64,000 bases of DNA from NCBI RefSeq assembly GCF_964355755.1, contig NC_092676.1:13844871-13908870 (forward strand). The letters are read 5' to 3'. Below, in pieces: positions 51,808 to 64,000 of the stretch (position 1 is the first letter of the stretch; each line of letters begins with the position of its first letter). A program made the position numbers and the translations under genes. The notes under the pieces are model-generated. The model worked only from the letters and a program-made list of their open reading frames with translations, had not been told where the DNA came from and did no database searches. This DNA comes from Antedon mediterranea (taxonomy: Eukaryota; Animalia; Echinodermata).

Positions 51808-51856
51808 TTCTTTTTGCTGCAAACTTTTGGTCATTTTTTGCTCAAGTTTCTTTTTA
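51808..51856 (-). CDS. Host gene 49-nt exon (KKKLEQKMTKSLQQKE)
   Basis: CTTCTCTTTTTCAG acceptor, GAA|GTAAGT donor, phase 2 to 0. Confidence 0.7.
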
Positions 51857-52065
51857 CTGAAAAAGAGAAGTTGATGGCTATCAGAAAGTTTCAATATTGA
51901 GTGCGGCGTTAGGCAAGGTTGCCCATTAGCTGCCCTACTATTTATTTTAGTGACAGAAATAATGGCCATAAATATAAGAAATAATCCTGATTGCAAATGA
52001 ACTACATTACCAAATACCAATAATGGTAATGATAACATTGTAAAGATTGCTCAACTTGCAGATGA

Positions 52066-52715
52066 TACTGAATACTGAATACTGAATACTGAATACAGAA
52101 ATTCTTCTTGAAGATTGACAATTATTAGTAAAATAATAAATAGATATACAATAAAATATATTATGTACACACACATAATTGCACAAAAAAATATAAGTTA
52201 TGAAACACGGCGTAAAAATGACAAGGTATTAAAATTGAATAGGATTCAGGAGATTAAAATAGTTTAAAACAGCTTTAAAAGGATTAAAAACAGCTTTAAA
52301 AGGATTCAAACCATTAGAATGTTCCTAAAACCTTACAATTTATAAATTGCTAAAATTCAAATACGCTAAAAATGTTAAAAACGTTTAAAAATATTAAAAA
52401 TATAAAAACATTTTACAAAGTTTCATTGTTTACATAGTCTTGTATTACATAACATTTTATCGATGGTGACGTGAATTAATTATATGAATATAACATTTGC
52501 AACAAAGGCATATCTCGATCTGTTTGTCTTAGTTATTGGAACATGTATTCTACCATTGCGTTTGATAATAAAGTATTTGCTAAGGGGATGATCAACACCC
52601 TTAATTATTTTATGAGCTGCCTTCACTATCCAATCTATGTATATTTCATCTAACTGCACCAACGGATCTTTAACAATATATTCAGCTTTCTTTGTAATGC
52701 GATTCAATTTCTTTT
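52066..52715 (-). mobile_element. Rex1/L2-like LINE 3' end with (ATTCAGT)n tail
   Basis: LNRITKKAEYIV...HPLSKYF...TKTNRSRYAFV; heptamer tail at 52066-52096. Confidence 0.72.
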
Positions 52716-53130
52716 TAAATTGTGTAACACAGTAATACAAATTAATTAAATTTTTTATATATTCTGTATATTTTATATTCCGATACCGATATTTTTACGC
52801 CAGATGAAAGTAGTCTATTATATTTTTTCAATGAGATTGATCTATTCTGTAGTGTGTCAAAATTGAAATTAAATAAAAATAAGACAAATGGTATGTGGAT
52901 TGGTTCAAACAAAAAAGTATGTTAAAAGCATTCAATATTGTATGGTCCAGTGAACCTGTACAATTTCTAGGAATTCATGTAGGTTGATAAACAATTATGT
53001 GAATACAGAAATTGGGGGAAAAAAATTACAAACAAAATGTATGAGACGGAATCTCAGTTTTTTTGGTAAAATTACTATTCTTTTCATTTTTTCATTTCTT
53101 TATTCGACAACAAGCGGTCCGGGGTTGCGA

Positions 53131-54363
53131 CAGGGGTGGCGCCAGGATCTTCCCGACGCGGGGGCTACATTCCCCGACGAGGGGGCTATCACTAGGCTGG
53201 GGGCCAGGGGGGCCGGCAAGGGCCCCCGGTGGGGGTCCAGGGGGCGAAGCCACCGGAAGCAACGCGTTCTAGCGTCATTTGAGGTCATTTTAATCAGATT
53301 TAGGGTAGCCATTTTTTCCATTTTTTATAATGCATAAATAAAATACTGCGTGCAAAAAAACGATGCGCGATGACTGTTTCAATCCATATTTTTCAATTTA
53401 AAAAATAAAAGTTCAAAGAAAATTTAGAAAAATAGAGTTGGAGGTCCCGGAAATTGGACTTATTATACTTCAAAACATGAAACAAAATATATAAGTCCCT
53501 ATCATGGTTGTGACTGAGCTAAGAAATGTTTGAAAATTAGAGATGTTAGGTCCCGGAAAATGCACTTCTTGTTCTTCGAAATATGACCAGCTTTATTGTT
53601 GGGGCTGAGCTAAGAAAATGTTTAAAACTAGAGCTGCAGGTCTTCAAAAAATTGCATTTTATACTTTGGAAACATCAGGCCTCGAGGCTTAAAAAACGCA
53701 AGCGTAGACCTTTTTCAGTCGGGGAAATAAGTTTATTCCTCACAAGTGTATGCGTGCGTACCATCTGGACTTCCGAGTGGTGAGAAATTCATGACATAAA
53801 AGGATATTGAAAATGTAATAACTTAGCTATAATAATGGCTAAGCGAAAATGACATGTTTTTTTGTTTAGTAATGGATGAAAAATTTATTTTAGGTGCCCC
53901 ACGGTACAGAAGGTTACTTGTAAATTAAAAAATTGGTGAACATACAAACAATTAACATAATTCATTTTTGCTGTAGTGTAGCGTACGTCAGTAAACTTCG
54001 CCTGGAAAATAACTACAGTACACATTTTGGTCCCTGGATGGAACATGATATCACGCGTCTCGACCCAACGTTGAACGATTCGTACAAAGGGATACCGCCA
54101 GACAAGTGCGTACCTAGCTATTGTTTAATAGTAAGTTAGATCGCTGGCAATAATGAATGCATATAAAGTGCATAATATCACTCTGACGGTCAATGAAACG
54201 TCGCGGTTTTCTAGGCGCTGAAGCTAGCAACGAAGTGAACGCGAACGCTTTTTACTGTATATTATATTCCCCGACAAAAAGTACCCGTGTTCCCCGACGG
54301 GGGGGCTAGGCTCCCCGACGAGGGGCTAGAGCCCCCGTAGCCCCCCCGCTGGCGCCACCACTG
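53131..54363. mobile_element. hAT MITE
   Basis: TIR CAGGGGTGGCGCCAG / CTGGCGCCACCACTG; perfect 8-bp TSD GGTTGCGA; GC-rich subterminal CCCCGACG motifs. Confidence 0.92.
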
Positions 54364-55339
54364 GGTTGCGACAGCAATGAAGTGCCATAACACATTTGTG
54401 TCCGCAACCCCTGTAACATACAACTTAATACAAGTTAAAAATGAATATAAAATATACAGAATATATAAAAAATTTTATTAATTTGTATTACTGTGTTACA
54501 CAATTTAAAATACACCTATACAATTAAAATAAAGTTAGCGTTTATCAAGCAGATATTTTTTCAGTTTCGACAGGAAATTTTCAAATTATAAAAACACTAG
54601 CAATATCAAAGTTTATATATACTGCTAGCATTATTGATTGATTATTTTATAAATAAAAAAGAAAAATAAAACGAACATTAATTAAAAATGTTAAAGGTTT
54701 CAATATGCCAGATCTCACTTCTGTGATAGAATCTCTTAAACTAACCTGGGCCCAGATCCAGGTAAATGGAATGTATTCCAAAGCTTTACCTTTGCCCTAT
54801 TGAATATACATAATACAGCTAAATTTAGAAGAGCATTCTAACTTAGGCAATATGCCTTTATTCTATAGAAATATGATGAAATCTGTTGTAAAATTAAATA
54901 ATATTATGCATGTAAACACAACAACCACCATGGAAATAAAAAATCAACAATTATGGGAAAACCAACATTATATCTAACAACAAATCTATGTACTTTAAGG
55001 TATGGTTATCTTCTGGGTTTAAAACAATAGGTGAAATTTATATGAATGGTAGAGTACTTCCACCTTGTGAAATATTTCCTAAATTGTATACAAGACAAAC
55101 GCCGGAACCTTCTGCTTGATATGCAGTGTCTTAATCATTAGACTACTGTGGCTTTCATGGTATTGTTCAAACTCGAACAAGCAAGCTAAAACATAGAATG
55201 AAGGGCAAAATCGATTAATAATTTTTCAGATTTTTGTATTGTAACCTGCATTTAATAAGCATTAACATTAATTTAGTTAAATTATTATTTATCTGTCAAG
55301 AGCTATAAATTCAATAGTAGAACTTCCATTTATTGCCAT

Positions 55340-55850
55340 TTGCATATAAAATATATTATGTTTCTGACATTCTGTGCCCGAATGGCAGCTGGATAAAAGC
55401 TATTGCGAAACCTATTTTTACAAGAAATGATTAACCGGTAACATCTACCGTTACGTAACACCTCAAATAATACATTATGCATGGGATGATCGAGTTGAAT
55501 CTTGCAATATAGAATGTGTTTTCTTAAACAGATTCAATATAGCTCTTCTCAAATCCAATGATATGTGATGCATACTTAACAAGACGTTCATAGATCTGAC
55601 TTATCTTTACTTGTGACCTGGTGAACCACAAAACAATACTAAAGGTGAATACACTTTCAATAACCGAAAAGTGACATAATGAAAGGGTTAACTACGAAAG
55701 ATTTCAGTCTACGCAAAAAGTAAAGGAATTGTTGGGCCTTTTTGATACACTTGGTTATGTGATCATGCCATTTTAGATCGCTGGTAATCACCACACCAAG
55801 AAACTTAAAATTATCGACAATCTCAACCTGAATATACAATGGAAATTTAT
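55340..55850 (-). mobile_element. Rex1-like LINE 3' fragment
   Basis: VEIVDNFKFLGVVITSDLKWHDHI..IKKAQQFLYFLRRLKSF. Confidence 0.8.
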
Positions 55851-56339
55851 TTACCCGACTACCGACAAGCTGGGCCTAGCACACGAAGACTATCAGACAA
55901 GACAATTTTCTCCTCAATAATGGCAAATTAGGTGAAAAGATATCATTATGTGGAATGCAATTATAATATTTTATATTATTTTGAAACAAGAAATGTTAGC
56001 AACCTACAGTAATACCTAGTATTTTAAACCAATTTCCTAGCTGGCTAGCTTTTAAAACATCCCTTTACAGTTGTTAAAAATTAGCCAATATACTTTTGAA
56101 CAGATAGGTACCTGACAAGACATGATTCGGGTTAGCGGTTTGTTTACAAGCGGTGCAGTCAGAAACTTCTACTACTTATTCTTCACAAAATTTACAGCAT
56201 TTATTTCGAAAAGAAACCCCCTTTTTAGTTTGCAAAAGTTATCTGAAAAGAATCCCAACCAAGAGTACTAAAAAAGAAGTACATGGGCTCTTTTCGAGGT
56301 TTTACGGTATTGGCGAATTGAATCTAAGCTACAAGACAA

Positions 56340-56740
56340 TGTCTTAAATTACATTGAAAGCAAACAACGCGATGGCGTAGCCATGGGTTCTCTATTCGGA
56401 CCACCAATAACATATTATTATGCAACATTGAAAAGACCTTACAGACTTTTAACAAGATGCCATTTTTCTATCGATACATTAACAACACGATTGTGTTCAT
56501 GCCCAGCAAGGATGATGCATACAAGTTTCTGGACACGCTAAATAATGCACACACTGCAATTGACTTTACTATGGAAGTTGTTCATAATAACTCCATTAAT
56601 TTCTTAGGAATTACCATATCCAAAACATTTGAAAATTACATTAGAAACCAGAGTGTACAGAAAACCTACTGACAAAGGGCTTCTTCTATCTTGCACTATG
56701 ATAGCCATGTTGATGTTAAACATAAGAAAATTCTTGTGTA
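56340..56740 (+). mobile_element. Penelope-like RT fragment
   Basis: KQRDGVAMGS.FGP, FYRYIN, LNNAHTAIDFTME...FLGITI, VYRKPTDKGL. Confidence 0.8.
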
Positions 56741-56999
56741 AGGGCCGGGAAACATACTATCTAGTCATCATGCTCTTTGATTGGAACTTAACTTAACATC
56801 ATCATATTATTTTTAAACATTCTCTACGTGACTTAAAAGGCTTTGCTTGCATTTATATATGACACCACCTTTTTTATCAAACAGTTCACTGAATTTGTAT
56901 TAATCGGTTGCGGGGTTAATTCAAGAAAAGAAAACTAGACTAAAGTTGACATTTGTTAAAAAATGGATCAAATTTCTGTCATGAGCACTGGTTTGTTGG

Positions 57000-58990
57000 G
57001 CACTGATTAATTAAACCTGAGAATTGACACTTGGAAGAGAGATGGAATGTTCCATTCATCGCCGTCAAGTTATGTTTTACAAATTTTGTAAATAGTTTAC
57101 CATTACGATGTTGTACTCAGAGCTCTGTACCAACATTCAGCAATTAAAAACAATTATTGCAAACAGAGATAGCCTGCAGCGAGGCATCCTCGTATTATTG
57201 TGTGCAGGTATGTTTCAGCATCAACAACCACTAGACAGTGTATGCCACATTCGGAAAAAGACCCCTTTTCGGGGCAAATCATTTTAACCTAAATTCATTT
57301 CAATCGTCAACTAGAAAGCCACTGCGAGAGTGCATACCTCCACCTTCTGTAAAATTCTCCTACATAAGATTTCTCCGGGAAAATATATATACACGTATAT
57401 ATTTGTGTGTGTCTTAATGCTGTGATTTAGGCTTAATTTCACTACAAGCATGTGTATGCGAATTTGGTGTAATGGTTATGTAGCCGCCTTTCTTTAGATT
57501 CTATTGACTAACAATAGAACAGAAACACCAAAAACAAACAGGTGAATTTGAAAAGAATAGGTTTTTTAAAACTACTCGTATCAAAAAACCTGTAAATTAA
57601 ATCAATTTATGTTTTAAAATTACAAATCACAAATTATAACTCTTGCCCCTTGTACAAAAATGAAGTTTTTTGGACAAGTAGTTCGAGAAAATGCAATTTC
57701 AGTTTTAACACTAGCAGGTCTGAAAATTATACTAAAAAGTGGTCCAGAATTAGGACGTGGTCCAGATTGCCTCTAAACTTTAATGGAGTGGTTCTTGACC
57801 ACATATCTATCTGTATTTTCATTTTGGTAAAGATTTCGTAATTACTTTTTGAGTAATCCTGCTAACAAACAAATGAAAGCACTCAGAAACTGAGTGAAGT
57901 ACTTGGCAAAATATATCCACTGATAGGGAGCATGTTGAACGATACCTTATTTGCTTTACATGGTTCAAATACTGCTGGGGTTTATAATTTGTTTAAATAA
58001 TTTTTAATACAAACAAAATCCGTCATGGCAACAATGACTTTTCTAAAATCAAGATTGACCAGGAGTCGATGAGTGTCTTGAAGCTGTGCCGATTTGCGGC
58101 GGCCCTGCCTTAACCCATAGAGTAAGCTTAACCGCTCGAACCAGTCTACTAATATTTTGGTCCATATCAAAGAATATGTCCATGTTAAAAGAAGACAGAA
58201 TGCGTGCTATTTAATATATCGTACGGAAGATAAGCTTTTGTGACATGACCAATATATCAATTTTCCTGAAAATCAATAGGCATTTCTGTATGTACAGGTA
58301 TATACCTATTTACAGAATCAAATAAGAAAGGACACATGCTGGTGGTACTAAAAAACTAATTATCAACTAACAATAGTTTAATTTAAATAACAATAGAACA
58401 GCAATGCGAAAAACGGGTGAATTTGAAAAGAAATAGGTTTTTTAAAACTACTCGTATCAAAAAATCTGTACATTAAATCAAATTATGTTTGGACAATTAC
58501 AAATCACAATTTATAACTCTTGCCTTTTGTACAAAAATGATATTTTGTAGTTCTCGAGAAAATGCCATTTCAGTACACTTGTTACTTTAAGACTGCTCGT
58601 CGGCTTTTGAAAATTGTCTATCTTTTAACTAGCCGGTCTGAAAATAATATAATTTTTGTTATTTCTGAAGTTAGTAATAAACCAATTTTCTTGATTTTCA
58701 ATAGGCAAGGTCTGAATGTATATACCTATCTACACCAAAAAATTCAGAATGATAACTTAAAAACTGTAGGCGCTATTGTGCTAACATACATACAAACAAA
58801 CAGACAAACAAACATGATCGACTACATATACCTCCTTGGCGGAGGTCAATAATTAATTATCTAACTCAACTTAATCAGTACACTGGTTTTTATTAGGTGT
58901 TAAAAATCAGTATCAAAAGTATGTACCAACTATAAAGTAACATTTCTAAAAGCGAATTACCGAATTTTGCTCTTACGTAAATTTATAAAT
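57000..58990 (-). mobile_element. Helitron copy (5' part of the 36590 family) interrupted by a HINE
   Basis: 58855-58990 matches 36600-36740 and 57030-57310 matches 36745-37055 in reverse complement. Confidence 0.75.
57310..58850 (+). mobile_element. Helentron-associated (HINE-like) element with internal duplication
   Basis: 5' AACTAGAAAGCCACTGCGAGAGTGCATACCTCC, 3' (ACAN)n microsatellite + TACCTCCTTGGCGGAGGT hairpin; ~200 bp duplicated at 57510 and 58388. Confidence 0.7.
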
Positions 58991-59205
58991 ATTATGTTCC
59001 CAAATTTGATTATTATGTACTGAAAAAAAAACCTGAATTAAATACATACTAGAATTCATCTTGGATTTAGTAGTTTAAACTCTCGCTTGAATATGGTTTA
59101 GCTACTGTACTTCTCCTATTTGGATAAGAGTTTGTTACTAGTTGTTTAAGTATTTTTTGTCACCATTTGATGCTTTGTATTGTGTATATTTGTTAATATT
59201 ACTCA

Positions 59206-60708
59206 TTGGTTATCCAACGAAGTTGCGATTTAACGATTTTCTCGTATTTAACATATGTCAAAAACCAAATAACATTTTAAAGTGAAAAGTTTAATTTATA
59301 TCATGCGCTAACTTTCTGTTGAAAAAAAATTTTTACACAAAGTTACGCGCGCACGCGCATTTAAAATTTCTAAGTGCGCAAAATTAATTTCTAATCAACT
59401 TTCTACGCGTTTCATGTCATTTTAAGCATGTCAACAATTCTCACGCGTGCACAAATTTTTACGTGTGCGGTGCGCATGTAGCATTAAAAAAATTATTTTT
59501 TCGTGTGATTTATGTTTTTCCAGCCTCTTCTAGTCATTTTACCAACTTTTAAACAATTTCGACTTAAAGTTACGTCATACGAGCATGTCGAATTGGACAA
59601 TTTGCACAAAATTATGCCTTTTTTTAAACAGTCGTAATTTCTAAACTGCACGGTCACCTTTTTGTGGATGACATTTTCTGGAAGTTGATGAGTTGTAGAT
59701 ATCGGATCATGTATTAATATGGCTAAACGGACATTGTGACGTCATCGTATGGCCACGCGAATATAAAATTTAAGATTTTTGTATCTTTCGTCATAGCTCA
59801 TCACATTAAATAGAGCGCATCTCCACTTATCCGTTTTCCATTTTCACCCCGATTTTGAAATTGTCTAGGTCAATCAACTATCTTTCGCATGAGTTAAAAA
59901 AATTTTAATTTTTTGGACGACATCATGCCTAAAAATTTAAATTACGTGTGGCATTAATTTCATCTTTACATTAAATTTAAATCTGTTATAGCTCGTAAGA
60001 ATAAAATGTGATAACCACGATTAAAACGTTTTCTGAAAGCTATTGGATTTTAGATACGAAATCATGTGAAAATTTTGCCAATCTGATGATGTGACGTCAT
60101 CATATGGCCAGTTAAATAAAAAGAAGTTGTATTTTCATTTTTGGCGTAATAGTTCATTACATTTAAAAGAGCGCACATCAATATTTCACGTATTCAAATT
60201 TCTTCTGCACGTTAATATGTTGTTGCTGAGATAATATCCTTCCGAAATTGCTATCTTTGTATTTCATTTTGATGCCGCGCCATGTTAAAATTTGGAATAA
60301 ATGACGGCTCCCGTAATTTCACCTAATCTACACTGTATGTAATATGTAAACAGATTTTACTGTTTATACCGACTGTAATGGAATAGCCCAAAATCGTTTA
60401 TTTCCTACCTATTTCTATAATGTAGCAGGCCAAATAAGAGGTTATTTTTACAGGATAGAGGGAGGCAAACAATATTTTTCTCGTATCAGAGCCGTTCATC
60501 GTTGTTAGGAGGTATGTGATTTCTATTACATTTTCTGGTTTGTTTGTCAGTTGCTTGTCCGGCCTGTAGGTCATAATGCCAACGTGAACGCTTCCTTTTG
60601 GCCTCAATCTATCCCCTTAATGTTAAAAGGTACGTTGTTAAACGTCCATGTTTCACCACTTGCGCGGCGGATAACCAAACTCGTCAAAGTGACGAGTTTC
60701 ATGTCTAG
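59206..60708 (+). mobile_element. Helentron/HINE non-autonomous element
   Basis: Subterminal IR TTGGTTATCC (5') / GGATAACCAA (3'), hairpin ACTCGTC AAAGT GACGAGT, CTAGTTT end. Confidence 0.78.
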
Positions 60709-60948
60709 TTTGTTCTTGAGAATGGTTTCATGATGGTTCCGATACGTCGATCTTTTTGCCATTATATTTTATTCTAAATTTATCTAGTGAATGTCTCTTA
60801 CTGTAATTCTTTAAAAAAAAACAATTTACTATTGATTTTCAATGGAAACGACTTTTTTTATATTTTTTATGAACAAGAATTTTGATAAAGATAAGTGCGT
60901 GTGCGGTTAAGACAGTCCATGGAACTGCAAGCTTTGGTACGTCTTGAC

Positions 60949-62995
60949 TCAATGATTTGGAGAAGTGGAATGCAGGGCGGAGAATACAAATTTGCCTTGT
61001 TGCATTAAGTTTATATCAATGAGTTTGAGGAGATTAAGTTTGGAAAATAAATGGGAAGAATGGGACCGCGGTGGAGCGCCAGATATAATCCTGATAGCTT
61101 TCTTTTGTATAATTTGCAGTTTACTGAGGTTGGATACGTAAGTATTGGCCCAGACAATGTTACAGTAGCTCAAATAGGGAAAAATGAGGGAACAGTAAAG
61201 GGTTCGAAGAATATTAAGGGGTACAAATGAGGATAACCTAGATATGATACCAACGCTTTTGGAAGTCTTATTCTCTACTTCTTTAATATGATTTTTCCAC
61301 GTTAGATTGCTGTCCATAACTACACCTAAAAACTTAGCTGATTGTACACAAGGTATATCATGGTTGTCAATGGTAATTTTGTTGGCTGATAAGTCAATAG
61401 ATTTTAATAGTTGTGGGGTCCCAAAGAGGATGAAGCTACATTTTTTATGATTAAGAGAAAGTTTATTAGCTGCAAAATATTGGGACAAATTGATCAAATT
61501 GGAGTTGACAGTATTGAATAAGGATTGGACATTTTTGTTAGAATAAAGAACTGTAGTGTCGTCAGCATAAAGGAAAAAATTTAGGAGCTTTGAAGAGAAG
61601 TGAATATCATTGATGTATAGAATAAATAAGAGGGGGCCAAGTAGAGATCCTTGAGGGACGCCGCATGTGATAGGACTAAAAGTGGATATGGAGTGAGAGT
61701 ATTTGGTACATTGGGCACGATTGGAGAGGTAACTATTTAAGAGATTAATTGCTGATCCACGGATTCCATAGTGAGATAATTTGTGTAGAAGAATACTGTG
61801 GTCAATAGTATCAAAAGCCTTGGAAAGGTCTATGAAAATGCCGATTGCAAGATGGCGGTTTTCGAAAGCGTCTATAATTTTATTTGTCAGGTCGATGGGA
61901 GCCATTGACGTGTTGTGTCCCTTTCTGAAACCGTATTGTCTGTTGAAAAGTATGTTGAATTTGGTAATAAATGAAAATATTGGGTAATAAATTACTCTTT
62001 CCAGGGCTTTTGAAAAAATGGATAGAATGGAGATGGGTCGATAATTAGAGAGATCAGATTTTGGACCAGATTTGTATATAGGGGTAACGCGCTCTAGCTT
62101 CATCCTCTCTGGGAACACACCGCTGGTTAAAGCAAGATTAAAAATATGACACAGTGGAAGGGAAATCAGGTCAGCAATGTATTTAATGGCCTTGGTATGA
62201 AAGTCATCAATACCTGGAGATTTATTATTTTCAAAAGAAGTTATTATTTTGACTATTTCAGACTCATCAACTGGGTTAAGAAATATTGAATTTGGATTTG
62301 GATTTGGTAAGAATTCTTTGAATGATTTGGTAACACGGGGAATTTGGTTTGCAAGGGTGGGGCCAATTTCGACAAAGTATTTATTAAACGCATTAGAAAT
62401 TTTCTCCTGATCTTCCGTCAATTCGCCATCGCAGTTAAACCGAGTATTGGATTGTTGATTGCTGTTGTTTTTGTTAATCAGAGAATTAATTGTCTTCCAA
62501 GTTGCCTTGATATCATTTTTATGTTTGTGAAATATATTTTGGAAGTAATTAGCTTTAGAAATTTTGATTACAGAATTTAATTTATTGCGGTATAGTTTAT
62601 AAGCTTTTTCATTTATGGGAGTCGGACGGTGAAGAAATTTGGCATATAATTTCTGCTTATATTTTATAGATTTGAGCAAGCCATCAGACATCCATGATTT
62701 TATTTTTTTGTCTTTTTTAGTGTTGTACTGGAGGGGGAAGTTTTTGTCGTATAGGGACTTTAGTGTGTTTTCAAAGTAATTGTATGCTATATCGGGGTCC
62801 TGCTTATAAAATACATTGGTCCACTGTTGAGTAGCCACTTCTTGACGGAAATGTTCTAATGTAGAGGGGTTAATTTTCCTAAAAGCCGATTTATCTTCCC
62901 TGTTTGAGCTAGTAGTAACATTGGACAAAAATGAAATATTAAACACTGGGAGATGGTCAGAGATGTCACTGTAAAATAGTCCACTCAGGTTGGGA
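60949..62995 (-). CDS. CR1/Crack LINE ORF2, 5'-truncated, reverse transcriptase domain uninterrupted (665 aa ORF)
   Basis: KSPGIDDF, NYRPISILS, QYGFRKGHNT, FIDLSKAFDTIDH, GVPQGSLLGPLLFILYIND, LYADDT, FLGVVMD; SDISDHLPVF at the 5' edge. Confidence 0.95.
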
Positions 62996-63039
62996 AAGTC
63001 AATTTGATTGCTTATGATATTGTCTAACAGGGTAGCTGT

Positions 63040-64000
63040 AGTTTTGGTAATACAAGATGGTCTGTGAATGCGGGGATACGAGATGGTCTGTGAATGCGGA
63101 TTTGATGTAGGATTTATGAGCTTTGCGGATCTTTCGGTCAGTCTGGCGGCAGAGTTTTTTTAATTTTGCCCAGCAGTTTGCAGAGCCATACTTTTTGGCA
63201 CTTTTATAAAGATGCTTCTTTCTGTTGATGTCTCTACTTATTGAAGGAGTTGTGCGATTCCTCAACAGAGCTAGAATTCATCATAACAGCATCCATGGTG
63301 TTGAAATACTCTTCCATATCACTATCAATATCGGCAAATTTGGCTTTTGCGTAGAGGAAAATCTCGGCGGTCAAATGATTTTCGATTTTAAGACTGTACA
63401 TTATAAGTTGACGGAAATACCTCACCAGATGTAATGGTTTAACTGAGCCAAGACTCCGTCCCAATCACAATATTGGGGTCTTCCGTAGTAAAAATGGTTT
63501 CAAATATGTGACGTTTAGCACTAATACGGCCATACTGCGTTGAAACACCGGTTCTCGTCAGATCACCGAAGTTAAGCAACGTTGGGCCCGGTTGCGTTCT
63601 GGATGGGAGACCGTCTAGAAATCGCGGCGGGTGCTGTATACTGGAGAGTGATGGTGTAATGGTAATATCGGACTAGCATGTGATAGGCATGGGTTCGAGG
63701 TTATCTGTACCATACTAATTGCATCCTAGGCAAGATGCTTTACTCTCATTGCCTCATCCTTCGGATGGGATGTAAAGCCGTTGGTCCTGTGTACTTAACA
63801 GTACATTAAAGAACTTGGTACACTATTCGAAAAGAGTAGGGGATCGTCTCCCGGTGTGCTGATCTGGTAGGCGCTGCACTGCTGGCTGCCGTGGGTCCGT
63901 GGAGGGCCTAATCCGAATTCCTCTGAGTTAAGCTTGAGGACAAATATAAATACCTTTACCTTTACCTTTAATACTTTGAAAGTTTATGTTGAGAATTTCA
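63040..64000 (-). mobile_element. Different LINE endonuclease fragment, split by a SINE
   Basis: KILNINFQSI|SAKRHIFETIFTTEDPNIVIGTESWL, and ...KKHLYKSAKKYGSANCWAKLKKL. Confidence 0.78.
63528..63968 (+). mobile_element. SINE with 5S rRNA + tRNA-derived head, Deu/Nin-like body and (TACCTT)n tail
   Basis: 5S-like CCATACTGCGTTGAAACACCGGTTCTCGTCAGATCACCGAAGTTAAGCAACG; then TGGTGTAATGGT..GGTTCGAG; CTTCGGATGGGATGTAAAGCCG and GAAAAGAGTAGGGG; TAATAC TSD. Confidence 0.88.

Larger units (their letters stand above)
51870..55085 (+). mobile_element. Degenerate Tx1/L1 ORF2 fragment, interrupted
   Basis: GWLSESFNIECGVRQGCPLAALLFILVTEIMA, IAQLADDT, LKLNKNKTNGMWIG. Confidence 0.82.

Noticed and set aside
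52984-53337. Overlapping GC-rich ORFs
   Set aside because: Arise from the GC-rich hAT MITE subterminal region.
63525-63640. Functional 5S rRNA gene
   Set aside because: Diverged, no T-run terminator, fused to a SINE body with TSD.

Overview
AT-rich, intron- and repeat-dominated animal genomic DNA. The repeat landscape suggests a marine invertebrate, possibly an echinoderm (inference only). There are no prokaryotic operons or CRISPR arrays. The only clear host gene is on the minus strand: five phase-compatible GT-AG exons (51856 to 27236) encoding a coiled-coil C-terminus that resembles MORC-family ATPases; its 5' part lies outside what I could trace. Everything else is a deeply nested transposon graveyard. 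Retroelements: a BEL/Pao LTR 5' end with PBS, CR1/Crack, Rex1, Tx1/L1 and Penelope fragments, one 665-aa RT ORF and a 5S+tRNA Deu-type SINE. DNA elements: hAT, Kolobok, P-like, MULE and Harbinger MITEs with visible TSDs, Helitrons/Helentrons, and a ~5.9 kb FoldBack-like palindrome. The most notable items are 23-31 bp CA...TG hairpins flanked by 7-bp TSDs (probable P-element excision footprints), a TIR-bounded element carrying a PIN/H3TH-like + CXC gene, a perfect 160-bp palindrome, and arrays of AGGTCA composite elements. All family assignments come from motif recognition by eye, not database searches.
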